From an uncultured Candidatus Binatia bacterium (lineage in GTDB: Bacteria > Desulfobacterota > Binatia > UBA9968 > JAJDTQ01), in contig OZ251459.1 of NCBI GenBank assembly GCA_965242525.1, positions 3,328,001-3,392,000 on the forward strand: 64,000 bases of DNA, read 5' to 3'. Shown here piece by piece: positions 1 to 9,327 of the stretch. Below the pieces are notes generated by a model. The model had not been told where the DNA came from, ran no database searches, and saw only the letters and a list, made by a program, of their open reading frames with translations. The first letter of the stretch is position 1; every line of letters begins with the position of its first letter. The position numbers and the translations under genes were made by a program.

Positions 1-513
1 CCCTGCCACCCGGACGACCCGGAGGACCTTCGCGCCGATCAGGAGGCCACGGTGGCGCGGCTGGCCCAGGCCGCCCGGGCCAACTCCCTGGACTTGCTGG
101 TGGAGGTGGTTCCCTCGAAGTTCGGGCCGGTGGACGAGGCCACCACCGCGGCGCTGGTGGAGCGGTTCTACTCCATCGGGGTCTTCCCCGACTGGTGGAA
201 ACTGGAGCCCACGGCCTCGGACGAGGCCTGGCGCCGCACCTGTGACGTCATCGACGCCAACGACCCCCACTGCCGGGGCATCGTGGTCCTGGGGCTGGAC
301 GCGCCCCTGGACCGCCTGCAGGAGAGTTTCCGGGTCGCGGCCCGGCGCCCGCAGGTCAAGGGGTTCGCGGTGGGGCGCACCATCTTCTCGGAGGCCGCCC
401 GCTGCTGGATGGACGGCCGCATGTCCGACCGGGAGGCGGTGGCCAGCATGGCCGGGAAGTTCGCGCGGCTCTGCGAAGCCTGGGACGAGGCCCGGGCGGG
501 GTGTGCCCCATGA
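1..513 (+). CDS. iolC: 5-dehydro-2-deoxygluconokinase IolC, C-terminal DUF2090 part (5'-partial)
   Basis: Frame open from base 1; WWKLEP and GFAVGRTIF motifs of the IolC C-terminal aldolase-like domain; ATGA overlap with iolD. Confidence 0.85.
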   Translation, partial: PCHPDDPEDLRADQEATVARLAQAARANSLDLLVEVVPSKFGPVDEATTAALVERFYSIGVFPDWWKLEPTASDEAWRRTCDVIDANDPHCRGIVVLGLDAPLDRLQESFRVAARRPQVKGFAVGRTIFSEAARCWMDGRMSDREAVASMAGKFARLCEAWDEARAGCAP

Positions 514-2330
514 GCACGGTGCGACTGACCGCGGCCCAGGCCCTGGTCCGCTACCTCGGCGCACAGGCCAACGAGGACGGCGAGCGCCTGGTGGCGGGCG
601 TGTGGGCGATCTTCGGGCACGGCAACGTGGCCGGCCTGGGCGAGGCCCTGTACCACGCGGGCGACGCGCTTCCCACCTGGCGGGGCCACAACGAGCAGGG
701 CATGGCCCACGCGGCCATCGCCTACGCCAAGGCCCGCAACCGCAAACGGGTCATGGCGGTGACGTCCTCCATCGGCCCCGGCGCCACCAACATGGTCACC
801 GCCGCGGCGCTGGCGCACGTCAACCGTCTGCCGGTGCTGCTGTTGCCCGGGGACGTGTTCGCCAACCGGGTTCCCGACCCGGTGTTGCAACAGGTGGAGG
901 ATTTCCGGGACGGCACCGTCAGCGCCAACGACTGCTTCCGCCCGGTGAGCCGGTACTTCGACCGCATCACCCGTCCCGAGCAACTGCTGACGGCGTTGCC
1001 GCGGGCCCTGGCGACGCTCGTGGACCCGGCCGAGTGCGGTCCCGCCACCCTCGCCCTCTGCCAGGACGTCCAGGCCGAAGCATGGGACTATCCCGAGGCG
1101 TTCTTCCGGCCTCGGACCTGGGCCATGCGGCGGCAACGGCCAGACCCCCGGGAACTGGACCGCGCGGTAGAGGCCCTGCGGGCCGCCAGGGCGCCCCTCC
1201 TCATCGCCGGCGGCGGGGTCCACTACTCCGGCGCCTGCGACACGCTCGCCGCCTTCGCCGAGCGCCGGGGCATCCCCGTGGCCGAGACCCAGGCCGGGAA
1301 GTCGGCGTTGCCGTGGATGCACCCGTGCAACGTGGGAGCCGTGGGCGTGACCGGCGCCGAGAGCGCCAACGCCCTGGCCCGGGAGGCGGACCTGATCGTG
1401 GCGGTGGGCACCCGCTTGCAGGACTTCACCACCGGGTCATGGAGCCTCTTCCGGAACCCGGCCGTCCGGCTGCTGGCCGTCAACGCCGCGGCCTTCGACG
1501 CGGGGAAGCACGACGCCGTGGCGGTGGTCGGCGACGCGCGCACGACCCTGGAAGAACTGGACGCCGCTCTGGGCGGCCGCGTCTTCGCCCTCCCGAACCG
1601 GGCATCGAAGGAGGAATGGGACCGGGCCGCGGACGCCGCCACCCGCGCAACGGACCACGGCGCGCTGCCGTCGGACGCCCAGGTGGTCGGTGCGGTGCAA
1701 CGGACCATGGCCGACAACGGGGTCATCGTCTGCGCGGCCGGCGGCCTGCCCGGCGAATTGCACAAACTGTGGCGCTCGCCCCGCCGCGGCGACTACCACC
1801 TGGAATACGGCTATTCGTGCATGGGCTACGAGATCGCGGGCGGGCTGGGCGTCAAGATGGCTCGCCCCGAGGCCGACGTGGTGGTGGTGGTGGGCGACGG
1901 GTCCTACATGATGATGAACTCGGAGCTCGCCACCAGCGTGATGCTGGGCCTGAAACTGACCGTGGTGGTCCTGGACAACCGGGGCTTCGGGTGCATCGAC
2001 CGGCTGCAACGGGCCACCGGGGGGGCCAGCTTCCACAACCTGCTGGACACGGCCCGGCGCCGGCAGCCTTCGGCCATCGACTTCGCCGCCCATGCCGCGT
2101 CCATGGGGGCCGCGGCGACGCGCGTGGAGAGCATCGCGGGCCTGGAAGCCGCCATGGTCGAGGCCCGCTCCAACCAACGCTCCACTGTCGTCGTCATCGA
2201 CACCGACCCGACGGCGGCCACCGAGGCCGGGGGCCACTGGTGGGACGTGGCGGTGCCCGAGGTCTCGCAGCGGGCCGAGGTGGCCGCGGCGCGCGAGGCC
2301 TACGACGAGGCGCGAAGGAAGCGCCCGTGA
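510..2330 (+). CDS. iolD: THcHDO hydrolase (TPP-dependent) IolD
   Basis: AIFGHGNVAGLG, HNEQGMAHAA, EYGYSCMGYE, GDGSY TPP motif; ATG at 510 overlaps iolC stop. Confidence 0.95.
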   Translation: MSTVRLTAAQALVRYLGAQANEDGERLVAGVWAIFGHGNVAGLGEALYHAGDALPTWRGHNEQGMAHAAIAYAKARNRKRVMAVTSSIGPGATNMVTAAALAHVNRLPVLLLPGDVFANRVPDPVLQQVEDFRDGTVSANDCFRPVSRYFDRITRPEQLLTALPRALATLVDPAECGPATLALCQDVQAEAWDYPEAFFRPRTWAMRRQRPDPRELDRAVEALRAARAPLLIAGGGVHYSGACDTLAAFAERRGIPVAETQAGKSALPWMHPCNVGAVGVTGAESANALAREADLIVAVGTRLQDFTTGSWSLFRNPAVRLLAVNAAAFDAGKHDAVAVVGDARTTLEELDAALGGRVFALPNRASKEEWDRAADAATRATDHGALPSDAQVVGAVQRTMADNGVIVCAAGGLPGELHKLWRSPRRGDYHLEYGYSCMGYEIAGGLGVKMARPEADVVVVVGDGSYMMMNSELATSVMLGLKLTVVVLDNRGFGCIDRLQRATGGASFHNLLDTARRRQPSAIDFAAHAASMGAAATRVESIAGLEAAMVEARSNQRSTVVVIDTDPTAATEAGGHWWDVAVPEVSQRAEVAAAREAYDEARRKRP

Positions 2331-3292
2331 TCCGGTACGGGACCAACCCCGTGGCGTGGTCCAACGACGACGACCCGAGCCTGGGGGGCCACATCCCGCT
2401 GGAGCGGTGCCTGAGGGACGCAAGCCGCATCGGTTTCGAGGGCATCGAGAAGGGCCGCAAGTTCCCCTCGGGCGCCGCGGCCCTGGAGGCGGCCCTCGAG
2501 CCCTACGGCTTGGCCTACGTGTCCGGGTGGCACTCGTTGAAGCTGCTGGAACGGTCGGTGGAGGACGAGAGGTCGGCGCTCCAGCCCCACCTGGACGTGC
2601 TGGTGGAGTTGGGTTGCTCGGTCTGCATCGTCTGCGAGACCACGGGCGCAGTCCACGGCCGGGCGGACACGCCCCTGGCCGGTCGGCCGAAGCTCGCGGC
2701 CTCCGACTGGGGCGGGTTCTGCGCCGACCTGGAAGCCCTGGCCGCACACTGCGCGGACGCGGGCGTCCACTTGGCCTACCACCACCACATGGGCACGGTG
2801 GTGGAGACAATGGAGGACATCGAGGCGTTCATGGACCATGCCGGGCCGCACACGAAGCTGCTCCTGGACACCGGGCACGCGGCCTTCGCGGGCGCGGACC
2901 CCGCGCTCCTGGCGGAACGCTACATGGACCGCGTGGTCCACGTCCACGCCAAGAACGTCCGCCCCGCGGTGCGCCGCCGGGCCCTGGACGAAGGGCTGTC
3001 GTTCCTCCAGGCCGTCCGGCTCGGGGTGTTCACGGTGCCGGGGGACCGCGAGGGCGGGGTGGATTTCCCCGCGGTGCTGCGCATGGCGGCCCGGGGCCGG
3101 TACTCGGGGTGGCTCATATCCGAGGCCGAGCAGGACCCCGCGGAACGGGACCCGGTGTTCTACCAGACGTTGGCGTTGAAGACGCTTCGCGCCATGGCGC
3201 GGGAGGCCGGCCTGGACCCCGCGCCAACGAGCCGTAAAGGAACCTCTGAACGCTCGGGACATCCGGGATGGATTTCCTCACCCTCATCCTGA
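2327..3292 (+). CDS. iolE: myo-inosose-2 dehydratase IolE
   Basis: GTG at 2327 (GTGA overlap); NPVAWSNDD, YHHHMGT, LDTGH, EAEQDP motifs; last ~18 codons come from an inserted repeat. Confidence 0.92.
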   Translation: MIRYGTNPVAWSNDDDPSLGGHIPLERCLRDASRIGFEGIEKGRKFPSGAAALEAALEPYGLAYVSGWHSLKLLERSVEDERSALQPHLDVLVELGCSVCIVCETTGAVHGRADTPLAGRPKLAASDWGGFCADLEALAAHCADAGVHLAYHHHMGTVVETMEDIEAFMDHAGPHTKLLLDTGHAAFAGADPALLAERYMDRVVHVHAKNVRPAVRRRALDEGLSFLQAVRLGVFTVPGDREGGVDFPAVLRMAARGRYSGWLISEAEQDPAERDPVFYQTLALKTLRAMAREAGLDPAPTSRKGTSERSGHPGWISSPSS

Positions 3293-3445
3293 CCGTCCTG
3301 TCTCCGTTCGTCCCGAGCGCAGCGCAACGGAGACCTCCGTTCATCCCGAGCGTAGCGAAGCGGAGACCTCCGTTCGTCCTGAGCGTAGCGAAGCGGAGTC
3401 GAAGGGCGCGCTCATGCCCCTTGGCGCGATTGTTCGGAAGTTCCT
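3238..3445 (+). repeat. MITE-like element family 1 with three internal 33-bp tandem units
   Basis: Ends AGGAACCTCTGAAC / GTTCGGAAGTTCCT are imperfect inverted repeats; CTCCGTTC(G/A)TCC(C/T)GAGCG units start at 3302, 3335, 3368. Confidence 0.8.
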
Positions 3446-3474
3446 GAAGAGGACATGAACGAGGGAGAACTGAA

Positions 3475-4287
3475 TTGACCAGTCTGTTGCGAAGGCCGTC
3501 GGGGAAGACGGGCAAGGTCGTCGAGGTCACGCCCGAGAACGCCGGATGGCGGTACGTGGGGTTCGCCGTCCATGCGCTGAAAGTCGGTGACACCGCGGGA
3601 GAGGCCACGGGCGACCGCGAGGTCATCCTGGTCATGGTCGAAGGCAAGGCCCGCCTGTCCACGCCCGAAGCGGATTTCGGGGTCCGGGGCGAGCGCATGA
3701 GCGTCTTCGAGCGGACCAGGCCCCACGCCGTCTATGTCCCCAACGGGACCCGCTGGGCCGCGCGCGCGGCAACGGATTGCGTCATCGCGGCGTGCTCCGC
3801 GCCCGGGTTCGGAGGCCACCCGGCCGCGGCCATCGACCCGGACGGCATACCGCTGGTGGAACGGGGCAGGGGCGCCAACACGCGCTACGTGCACCCCATC
3901 GCCATGGACGACGCCGACGTTGCCGACAGCCTGCTCATCACCGAGGTCTTCACGCCCCAGGGCAACTGGTCCAGCTATCCGCCCCACCGCCACGACGGCG
4001 ACGAGGGCGGGGACATGACCCATCTGGAAGAGATCTACTACCACCGGATCGACCCGCCCCAGGGGTTCGCCTTCCAGCGGGTGTTCACCGAAGACGGCGA
4101 ACTGGACGAGACCATGGCCGTTTCCGACGGCGACACCGTCCTCGTGCCCCGGGGACACCATCCGTGCGGCGCGCCCTACGGGTACGACCTTTACTACCTG
4201 AACGTCATGGCGGGTCCCAAGCGTCAGTGGCGCTTCCGGAACCACCCCGACCACGACTGGATCTACCGGCGGGACTCGAAGCCATGA
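3475..4287 (+). CDS. iolB: 5-deoxy-glucuronate isomerase IolB
   Basis: GNWSSYPPHRHD, LEEIYYH, YYLNVMAGP motifs. Confidence 0.95.
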   Translation: MTSLLRRPSGKTGKVVEVTPENAGWRYVGFAVHALKVGDTAGEATGDREVILVMVEGKARLSTPEADFGVRGERMSVFERTRPHAVYVPNGTRWAARAATDCVIAACSAPGFGGHPAAAIDPDGIPLVERGRGANTRYVHPIAMDDADVADSLLITEVFTPQGNWSSYPPHRHDGDEGGDMTHLEEIYYHRIDPPQGFAFQRVFTEDGELDETMAVSDGDTVLVPRGHHPCGAPYGYDLYYLNVMAGPKRQWRFRNHPDHDWIYRRDSKP

Positions 4288-5294
4288 ACGGCCCTGTCCG
4301 GCTGGGGCTGTTGGGGGCCGGCCGGATCGGACATATCCATGCGCGGTCCGTTGCGGACGCCGAGGACGCGCGGCTGGTGGCGGTGGCCGACCCCGACGAG
4401 GCGGCCGCGGCCTCCATCGTTCGCATGACCGGGGCCCGCGCCGCGTCCGCGGAGGAGGTGCTGCGCGACCCCGAGGTCGAAGGCGTCCTCATCGCAACGC
4501 CCACCGACCTGCACGCCGGCCAGGTCGAAAGGGCGGCCGAGTCGGGCAAGGCGATATTCTGCGAGAAACCCATCGACCTGGACCTGTCCCGGGCGAAACG
4601 GGGCGTCGCCGCCGCGGTCCGGTGCGGGGTCCCGCTGATGGTGGGGTTCAACCGCCGGTTCGACCCGTCGTTCCGGCGGCTGCGCGACGAGATCGACCGT
4701 GGCCGCCTCGGGGCGGTGGAGCTCGTGCAGATCACCTCCCGCGACCCGGAGCCGCCTCCCATGGAGTACCTCCGACGGTCCGGCGGCCTGTTCCGGGACA
4801 TGATGATCCACGACTTCGACATGGCCCGGTTCCTCCTGGGCGAACAGGTGGTGGAAGTCATGGCCGCGGGTTCGGCCCTCGTGGACCGGGACGTGGCCGC
4901 GGCCGGCGACGTGGACACCGCGGCGGTGGTGCTGCGTTCCGCAAGCGGGCGTCTGTGCCTGGTCTCGAACTCGCGCCGGGCCGCCTACGGCTACGACCAG
5001 CGCATCGAGGTCCACGGCTCCGAAGGCATGGCCCTCGCCGGCAACCCCGTAGCCACGACCGTCACCCGCGCCGACCGGTCGGGGTTCGCCGCGGACCCCC
5101 TCGACGCCTCCTTCACCGCCCGTTACGCCGCGGCCTACCGGCAGGAAATCCTGACGTTCTGCGCGGTGGTCCGGGGCGCCAGCCCGGCGTATCCGGACGG
5201 CGCGGACGGCCTCGCGGCCCTCGCCATCGCCGACGCCGCCTCGGAGTCCCTGGCTACCGGTCGTGCGGTTCAGGTCGGGCAGGTGGACATGTGA
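4284..5294 (+). CDS. iolG: inositol 2-dehydrogenase IolG (Gfo/Idh/MocA)
   Basis: ATG 4284 (ATGA overlap); GAGRIG, CEKPI, GFNRRFD, DMMIHDFD, YGYDQRIEV. Confidence 0.92.
   Translation: MNGPVRLGLLGAGRIGHIHARSVADAEDARLVAVADPDEAAAASIVRMTGARAASAEEVLRDPEVEGVLIATPTDLHAGQVERAAESGKAIFCEKPIDLDLSRAKRGVAAAVRCGVPLMVGFNRRFDPSFRRLRDEIDRGRLGAVELVQITSRDPEPPPMEYLRRSGGLFRDMMIHDFDMARFLLGEQVVEVMAAGSALVDRDVAAAGDVDTAAVVLRSASGRLCLVSNSRRAAYGYDQRIEVHGSEGMALAGNPVATTVTRADRSGFAADPLDASFTARYAAAYRQEILTFCAVVRGASPAYPDGADGLAALAIADAASESLATGRAVQVGQVDM
5011..5277 (+). repeat. direct repeat copy 1 (3' end of iolG)
   Basis: Matches 9682-9948 with about 8 substitutions counted by eye. Confidence 0.95.
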
Positions 5295-5754
5295 CCGGGC
5301 CGCTCGCGTTGTCACTTGTTCCGTATTTGCGAAGGTCTGCAGAATCCGAGGGTCCCGGGTTTCTCTTGTGGAACGTTCTTATCAATTCCTGGCCCGATGG
5401 CATGTCGAAGAGTTGCGCCAGCAACACGTTGACGGTTTCGGATTTCGCCGTCCTGCTGGCAACCCTTATTTCGAGCAGTTTGGCAAGTTCCCTGATTTGC
5501 TGCAATGACAGAGAACTGAGTTGTTGCTCGGCGTTGCTGCGCCCAAGGCCAGGTAGCAGTTCGGCAAGTTCGGCTATCTCACTTTGCCGAAGCCCGTTGG
5601 ATTTCTTCTTGTTATGGGAAACGTCCGGCGCCTCTGCGGTTCGAGGAATACCTTCCGTGTGAACCTGGAACTCGGGTATGGTTCGCAGTACCTTGATTAC
5701 CTCTTCAAGGGCGTCCGCAAGGTCGCGGGATGTCTGGATCTGGCCATTTGGCAT
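5254..5754 (-). CDS. hypothetical protein (166 aa), downstream partner of ParA-like gene
   Basis: ATG at 5754 with AGGAGG RBS, 10 bp after ParA stop; helical content; no recognised family. Confidence 0.6.
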   Translation of the reverse strand: MPNGQIQTSRDLADALEEVIKVLRTIPEFQVHTEGIPRTAEAPDVSHNKKKSNGLRQSEIAELAELLPGLGRSNAEQQLSSLSLQQIRELAKLLEIRVASRTAKSETVNVLLAQLFDMPSGQELIRTFHKRNPGPSDSADLRKYGTSDNASGPVTCPPARPEPHDR

Positions 5755-5764
5755 GATTGACCTC

Positions 5765-6634
5765 CTAGCTTTGCACAACCTTGTCGAAGAACTCCTGGGC
5801 AACTTCGAGCAGTTGGTCTGCATACGCCTGGTCAGGCGACTTGTCGGAGAACGTAATCGGTCCTCGCCAGGACGCCTCTGCCATCTTGACGCTTTCCGAT
5901 ACGAAGTTGTCGAAAGCGACATCCGGGTATGCGCGACGGACCTGCCTTATCCAGTTTTCTTGTGCGATAGTTCCACTGGTTTGGTATTTTATTCTGTTGA
6001 ATATGATGCCACGCCTTGCCGGACCCGGAATCGAGCCGGCCCCGAACCTGATCAGGTTTTTGTTGATTTGAGTCATCATTTTCCCTATGTGCGACTCGAT
6101 CAAGCCTATACCCCTTACCGAGAAGTATTCGGGTAGGCAGACTACTACATAGGAATCGCTAAGCATCAGTGCGTTCTGCGTCACAAGGTTCAGGTTCGGT
6201 GGGCAGTCGATTATCACGAAATCGTACTCTCCCGATTCTATAACCGGGCCGAGTCTGTCCTTGATTATCATCTTGGCCTCGGATGACTGCGCTCCCCATT
6301 TCGTAGCCAGCTCGAGATCGATGGAAAGGAGGTCGAGATGAGAAGGCAGCAGATCCAAGCAGTCGTACAGATCTTTCATTATGGTGGCGGAGACGTCGTA
6401 TTCGCCCTCATTGATTGCGGCTTCGAGCACTTCTTTCAGCGACCCATGCCGCGTCGCCCAATCTTCCCACGCTCCTTCGGTTACGAGGTAGAAGGATGCG
6501 TTCGTCTGAGGATCCAGGTCAACTATCAAAACCTTGAAGTTGAACTTCCTGGCAAGAGTAGCGGCTGTCTCGACCGCTATGGTCGTCTTGCCCACTCCGC
6601 CTTTGTAGTTGATGAAACTGACCACCTGCGCCAT
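5765..6634 (-). CDS. ParA/Soj-family ATPase (orphan)
   Basis: KGGVGKTT deviant Walker A, VDLDPQ, IIDCPP; ATG 6634 with GGAG RBS. Confidence 0.9.
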   Translation of the reverse strand: MAQVVSFINYKGGVGKTTIAVETAATLARKFNFKVLIVDLDPQTNASFYLVTEGAWEDWATRHGSLKEVLEAAINEGEYDVSATIMKDLYDCLDLLPSHLDLLSIDLELATKWGAQSSEAKMIIKDRLGPVIESGEYDFVIIDCPPNLNLVTQNALMLSDSYVVVCLPEYFSVRGIGLIESHIGKMMTQINKNLIRFGAGSIPGPARRGIIFNRIKYQTSGTIAQENWIRQVRRAYPDVAFDNFVSESVKMAEASWRGPITFSDKSPDQAYADQLLEVAQEFFDKVVQS

Positions 6635-6712
6635 GTCGTTCTCCTGGAACCGTTTTGCCTCGGCTGACATGATTGTATCATGGAGAAATCTCAACGCAAG
6701 TTTGGAACAGGT

Positions 6713-6876
6713 ATGGCCGTGTGGAGGTCCCGGCTCCAAGCGCCGCTGCCCAAGGCCAGGAACTCGTCGCGGTTCCTCCCATCGTCGCGGCCAAGGTCGC
6801 CCTTGCCGCTCGCCTGGGGCTGAGCGAGGGCACTGTCCGCAAGCTGCTGAACCCCGGCCACCACTCCCACGTCAGC
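6713..6876 (+). pseudogene. HicB-like antitoxin C-terminal remnant
   Basis: VPAPSAAAQGQELVAVPPIVAAKVALAARLGLSEGTVRKLLNPGHHSHV resembles the HicB C-terminal HTH; no proper start. Confidence 0.6.
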
Positions 6877-8086
6877 GCCCCATCTCACGCGCCTGCCGTC
6901 TGAGGAACCGTCCCAACAGGGGCACGGCGAAGGAATACTTGCCGTGTCGGTTCTTGTACACCAACCCCTGGGACGCCAAGGCGGCGAGCATCTGGCTGAC
7001 GTGGCTGCTGCTGAACGGTTTGTCCGGGGATCGCCTGGATTCCTCCACCACTTCCCGGACGGTGAACTCGTCGTCGCAGTTCCCGAGCTGCGAGACCACC
7101 AATAGCAAGTCCCTCTGCCTGTCCGTTGCCCGCGCCCATCGCCCGGCAAAGAAGTCCGTGTCCAGTTTCCGTTCGACCTCCGCGACGGGAACCGAGGCCC
7201 GTTCCCCCTTGTCGATCCGTTGGATGAAGGCGTCATATACCTCGCGGCAGATGAACTGGATGAAGTACGGATAGCCGCCGGACATCCTGATGATGGCGTC
7301 AACGGAACCGTCACCGAGACGCACCGGACATTCGTCGTCTTCTACCGGTCTCCGAATGGCCTCCTCGCTTTCCCTCTCGTTCAGGCTCTCCAGGAACACC
7401 ACCCTGAACATCCTCTCCGAATAGGTCCGCGTTTCCACCAGCTTGGGGAACAGCGTCGGGAGGCCGGCCAGGACGAGCATCAAAGGCAGGCCCTTCCTTT
7501 GCAGGGACTGGAAACAGTCCAGCAGGAGGGACAAGGGGTACTGCTCCCTGGCCGACTGGTCCGCGAGGTTCTGCGCCTCGTCATAGGCGAAGACGACCCC
7601 GCGCACGGGCTTCGCTTTCGACAGCGCCCTCCACGCAATTTCCAGCACACCCTTGAGCTTGTCGAGGGACAGACCGGAGATGCGGGTGTAGGCATCCACG
7701 AGGGCCTGGTAGTCGAGGACGTGGGAAACCAGCTCCGTGTCGGCTGCGAACCCGACGTTACGGACAGCCTCGGTTCCCAGGACGACGTCCGAGGTGACCG
7801 GCGACAGGTCCGTGCAGAGCCGAACCGCCACGTTGTCCTCGCTCAGGCTCGTGGACTCGGAAAGGTCGGTCCCCACCCACACCCACCCTTGCCGGACGGC
7901 CAGAGGCTTGAACGAGTCGAGGAGAACCGTCTTTCCGACTCCTCGAAGCCCGGTGAGGACCAGGTTGTCGAGGACCGTATCCTGCCGGAGCAGCCGAAGG
8001 AACTCTTCACGCTCCGCCTGCCTCCCGGCAAGGTAGGGCGGCTTGTGGCCCGCGCCTGGCCGAAACGGATTGGAAAACTCCGCCAT
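6872..8086 (-). CDS. AAA_16/STAND-like ATPase with C-terminal winged helix
   Basis: NPFRPGAG..PPYLAGR, GLRGVGKT, YDEAQ, GGYPYFIQ; C-terminal LASQGLVYKNRHGKYSFAVP. Confidence 0.85.
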   Translation of the reverse strand: MAEFSNPFRPGAGHKPPYLAGRQAEREEFLRLLRQDTVLDNLVLTGLRGVGKTVLLDSFKPLAVRQGWVWVGTDLSESTSLSEDNVAVRLCTDLSPVTSDVVLGTEAVRNVGFAADTELVSHVLDYQALVDAYTRISGLSLDKLKGVLEIAWRALSKAKPVRGVVFAYDEAQNLADQSAREQYPLSLLLDCFQSLQRKGLPLMLVLAGLPTLFPKLVETRTYSERMFRVVFLESLNERESEEAIRRPVEDDECPVRLGDGSVDAIIRMSGGYPYFIQFICREVYDAFIQRIDKGERASVPVAEVERKLDTDFFAGRWARATDRQRDLLLVVSQLGNCDDEFTVREVVEESRRSPDKPFSSSHVSQMLAALASQGLVYKNRHGKYSFAVPLLGRFLRRQAREMGR

Positions 8087-8112
8087 GTCGATGTTTATCC
8101 CCGTAAAGCGTT

Positions 8113-8148
8113 TTGACTAACTTTAGCCCTAAGACTAAATTCAGTCAA
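8113..8148. promoter_or_regulatory. symmetric bidirectional sigma70-like promoter / inverted repeat
   Basis: + strand TTGACT-N17-TAAATT (8113-8141); - strand TTGACT-N17-TAAAGT (8148-8120). Confidence 0.5.
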
Positions 8149-8155
8149 TACGAGA

Positions 8156-8285
8156 CTGGCTCCCGAGGAGGATGGCGGCCGTTTCTCCGTCTCGTCCACA
8201 GACGTGCCTGAATCCGTCACCTGCGACGAGGGCCGTGTGAAGGCGCTGACCATGGCCGAGGATGCGCTGGCGTCCGCCTCGCTGG
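8156..8285 (+). pseudogene. HicB-like antitoxin N-terminal remnant
   Basis: Translates LAPEEDGGRFSVSSTDVPESVTCDEGRVKALTMAEDALAS, a decayed HicB N-terminus (FPDVPE...AEDAL pattern). Confidence 0.6.
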
Positions 8286-8316
8286 TCTCCCTCGCGGCGA
8301 GGAAGGGGAGGGTTGG

Positions 8317-8853
8317 CTAACACGACCGACGGACGACCGCCCTCATCACTGCAAGGGCCATACGGCAGTCCGCCTGCGCCCGGTGCGCCGGTCCTGCACG
8401 ATACACACCTTCGCGTACCGCAACGTCAACGAGCCTGTGGCTGCCGTGGGGCCGCGCCCGTTTGTCTTCTGCGCACAGGTCGCGCCATGCGATGGCGCTC
8501 CATCCCAGGCCGTGCCGGTTCGCCGTCTGCCGCAGCATCCGCTGGTCGAAAGGGGCGTTCCACGCCAGCACCGCGCAGGCGCCCGCCAACAAGGCGTTCA
8601 GCTCCCCGTGGACCTCCGGCCATGCCGGAGCGCCCGTTTCTTCCAGCAGGGACCGGGTGATTCCGTGGACCGCCGACACGTCGGGCGGAATGGGACCCAC
8701 CGGCGTCGCCAGGGACTCGAAGCGCAGGTCCCCGGCCGTATCCACCACCGCAACCTCGACCACCTCGGCGCGGTCATCCAGGCCCGTGGTCTCGGTATCG
8801 AGGATGAGCACGTCGTCACGGTCGAGCAGACCGAGCCAATGCCGCGGCTGCAT
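8317..8853 (-). CDS. DnaQ-like DEDDh 3'-5' exonuclease
   Basis: ILDTETTG (ExoI), WNAPFD (ExoII), HRAQAD (ExoIII). Confidence 0.9.
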   Translation of the reverse strand: MQPRHWLGLLDRDDVLILDTETTGLDDRAEVVEVAVVDTAGDLRFESLATPVGPIPPDVSAVHGITRSLLEETGAPAWPEVHGELNALLAGACAVLAWNAPFDQRMLRQTANRHGLGWSAIAWRDLCAEDKRARPHGSHRLVDVAVREGVYRAGPAHRAQADCRMALAVMRAVVRRSC

Positions 8854-8866
8854 CGAGCGCGACGGT

Positions 8867-9280
8867 CTATGGGCGTCTTGCGCCGAACGTGCCCACGATG
8901 TTGGAATGCTCGAACACCCCCGCCACTTCGGCCAGTTCGAGATCCCGTAAACGGACTGTCAGGGATGCCCCGGATTGCGTCTCCCGAAAAGTGCACGCGG
9001 TCGCCTGGCAGGCGGACCGGACCGTGAGCGTAGGCAACTGCGGATGGGTGGTTTCTCCATACATGTTCGAGACGACCAACGAATCGGCGCGCCCCAGGAT
9101 ACCGGCCATACGAGCGGCTTGATCTGTCCTGCTTTTGGCAGGCGGAAACGATCCCGTCAAGCTTCGTACACGATTCACGTCTGGCAGAGAGTTGGTTGCG
9201 GAGGTTCCGCCACCGCCGCCGCTACACGCCGCAACCGCCATCAAGGCCCATGCCGTCAGAAAAGTTCGCAAGATCATCAT
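8867..9280 (-). CDS. putative lipoprotein, probably internally deleted
   Basis: Signal peptide with lipobox AVAA-C followed by SGGGGG; ends in beta-strand-like AGVFEHSNIVGTFGARR. Confidence 0.55.
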   Translation of the reverse strand: MMILRTFLTAWALMAVAACSGGGGGTSATNSLPDVNRVRSLTGSFPPAKSRTDQAARMAGILGRADSLVVSNMYGETTHPQLPTLTVRSACQATACTFRETQSGASLTVRLRDLELAEVAGVFEHSNIVGTFGARRP

Positions 9281-9327
9281 GGACTCCCTGGTTGTGAGAA
9301 AGGTCGTAACGATACAACAAAAGGGGA

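Noticed and set aside
242-2326. N-terminal ~695 aa of the 1016-aa ORF 242..3292
   Set aside because: Arg/Gly/Pro-rich shadow frame over iolC/iolD; the real iolE starts at GTG 2327.
3302-3410. 33-bp periodic repeats as a mini CRISPR array
   Set aside because: Units are head-to-tail without unique spacers, recur inside MITE-like elements, and no cas genes are present.
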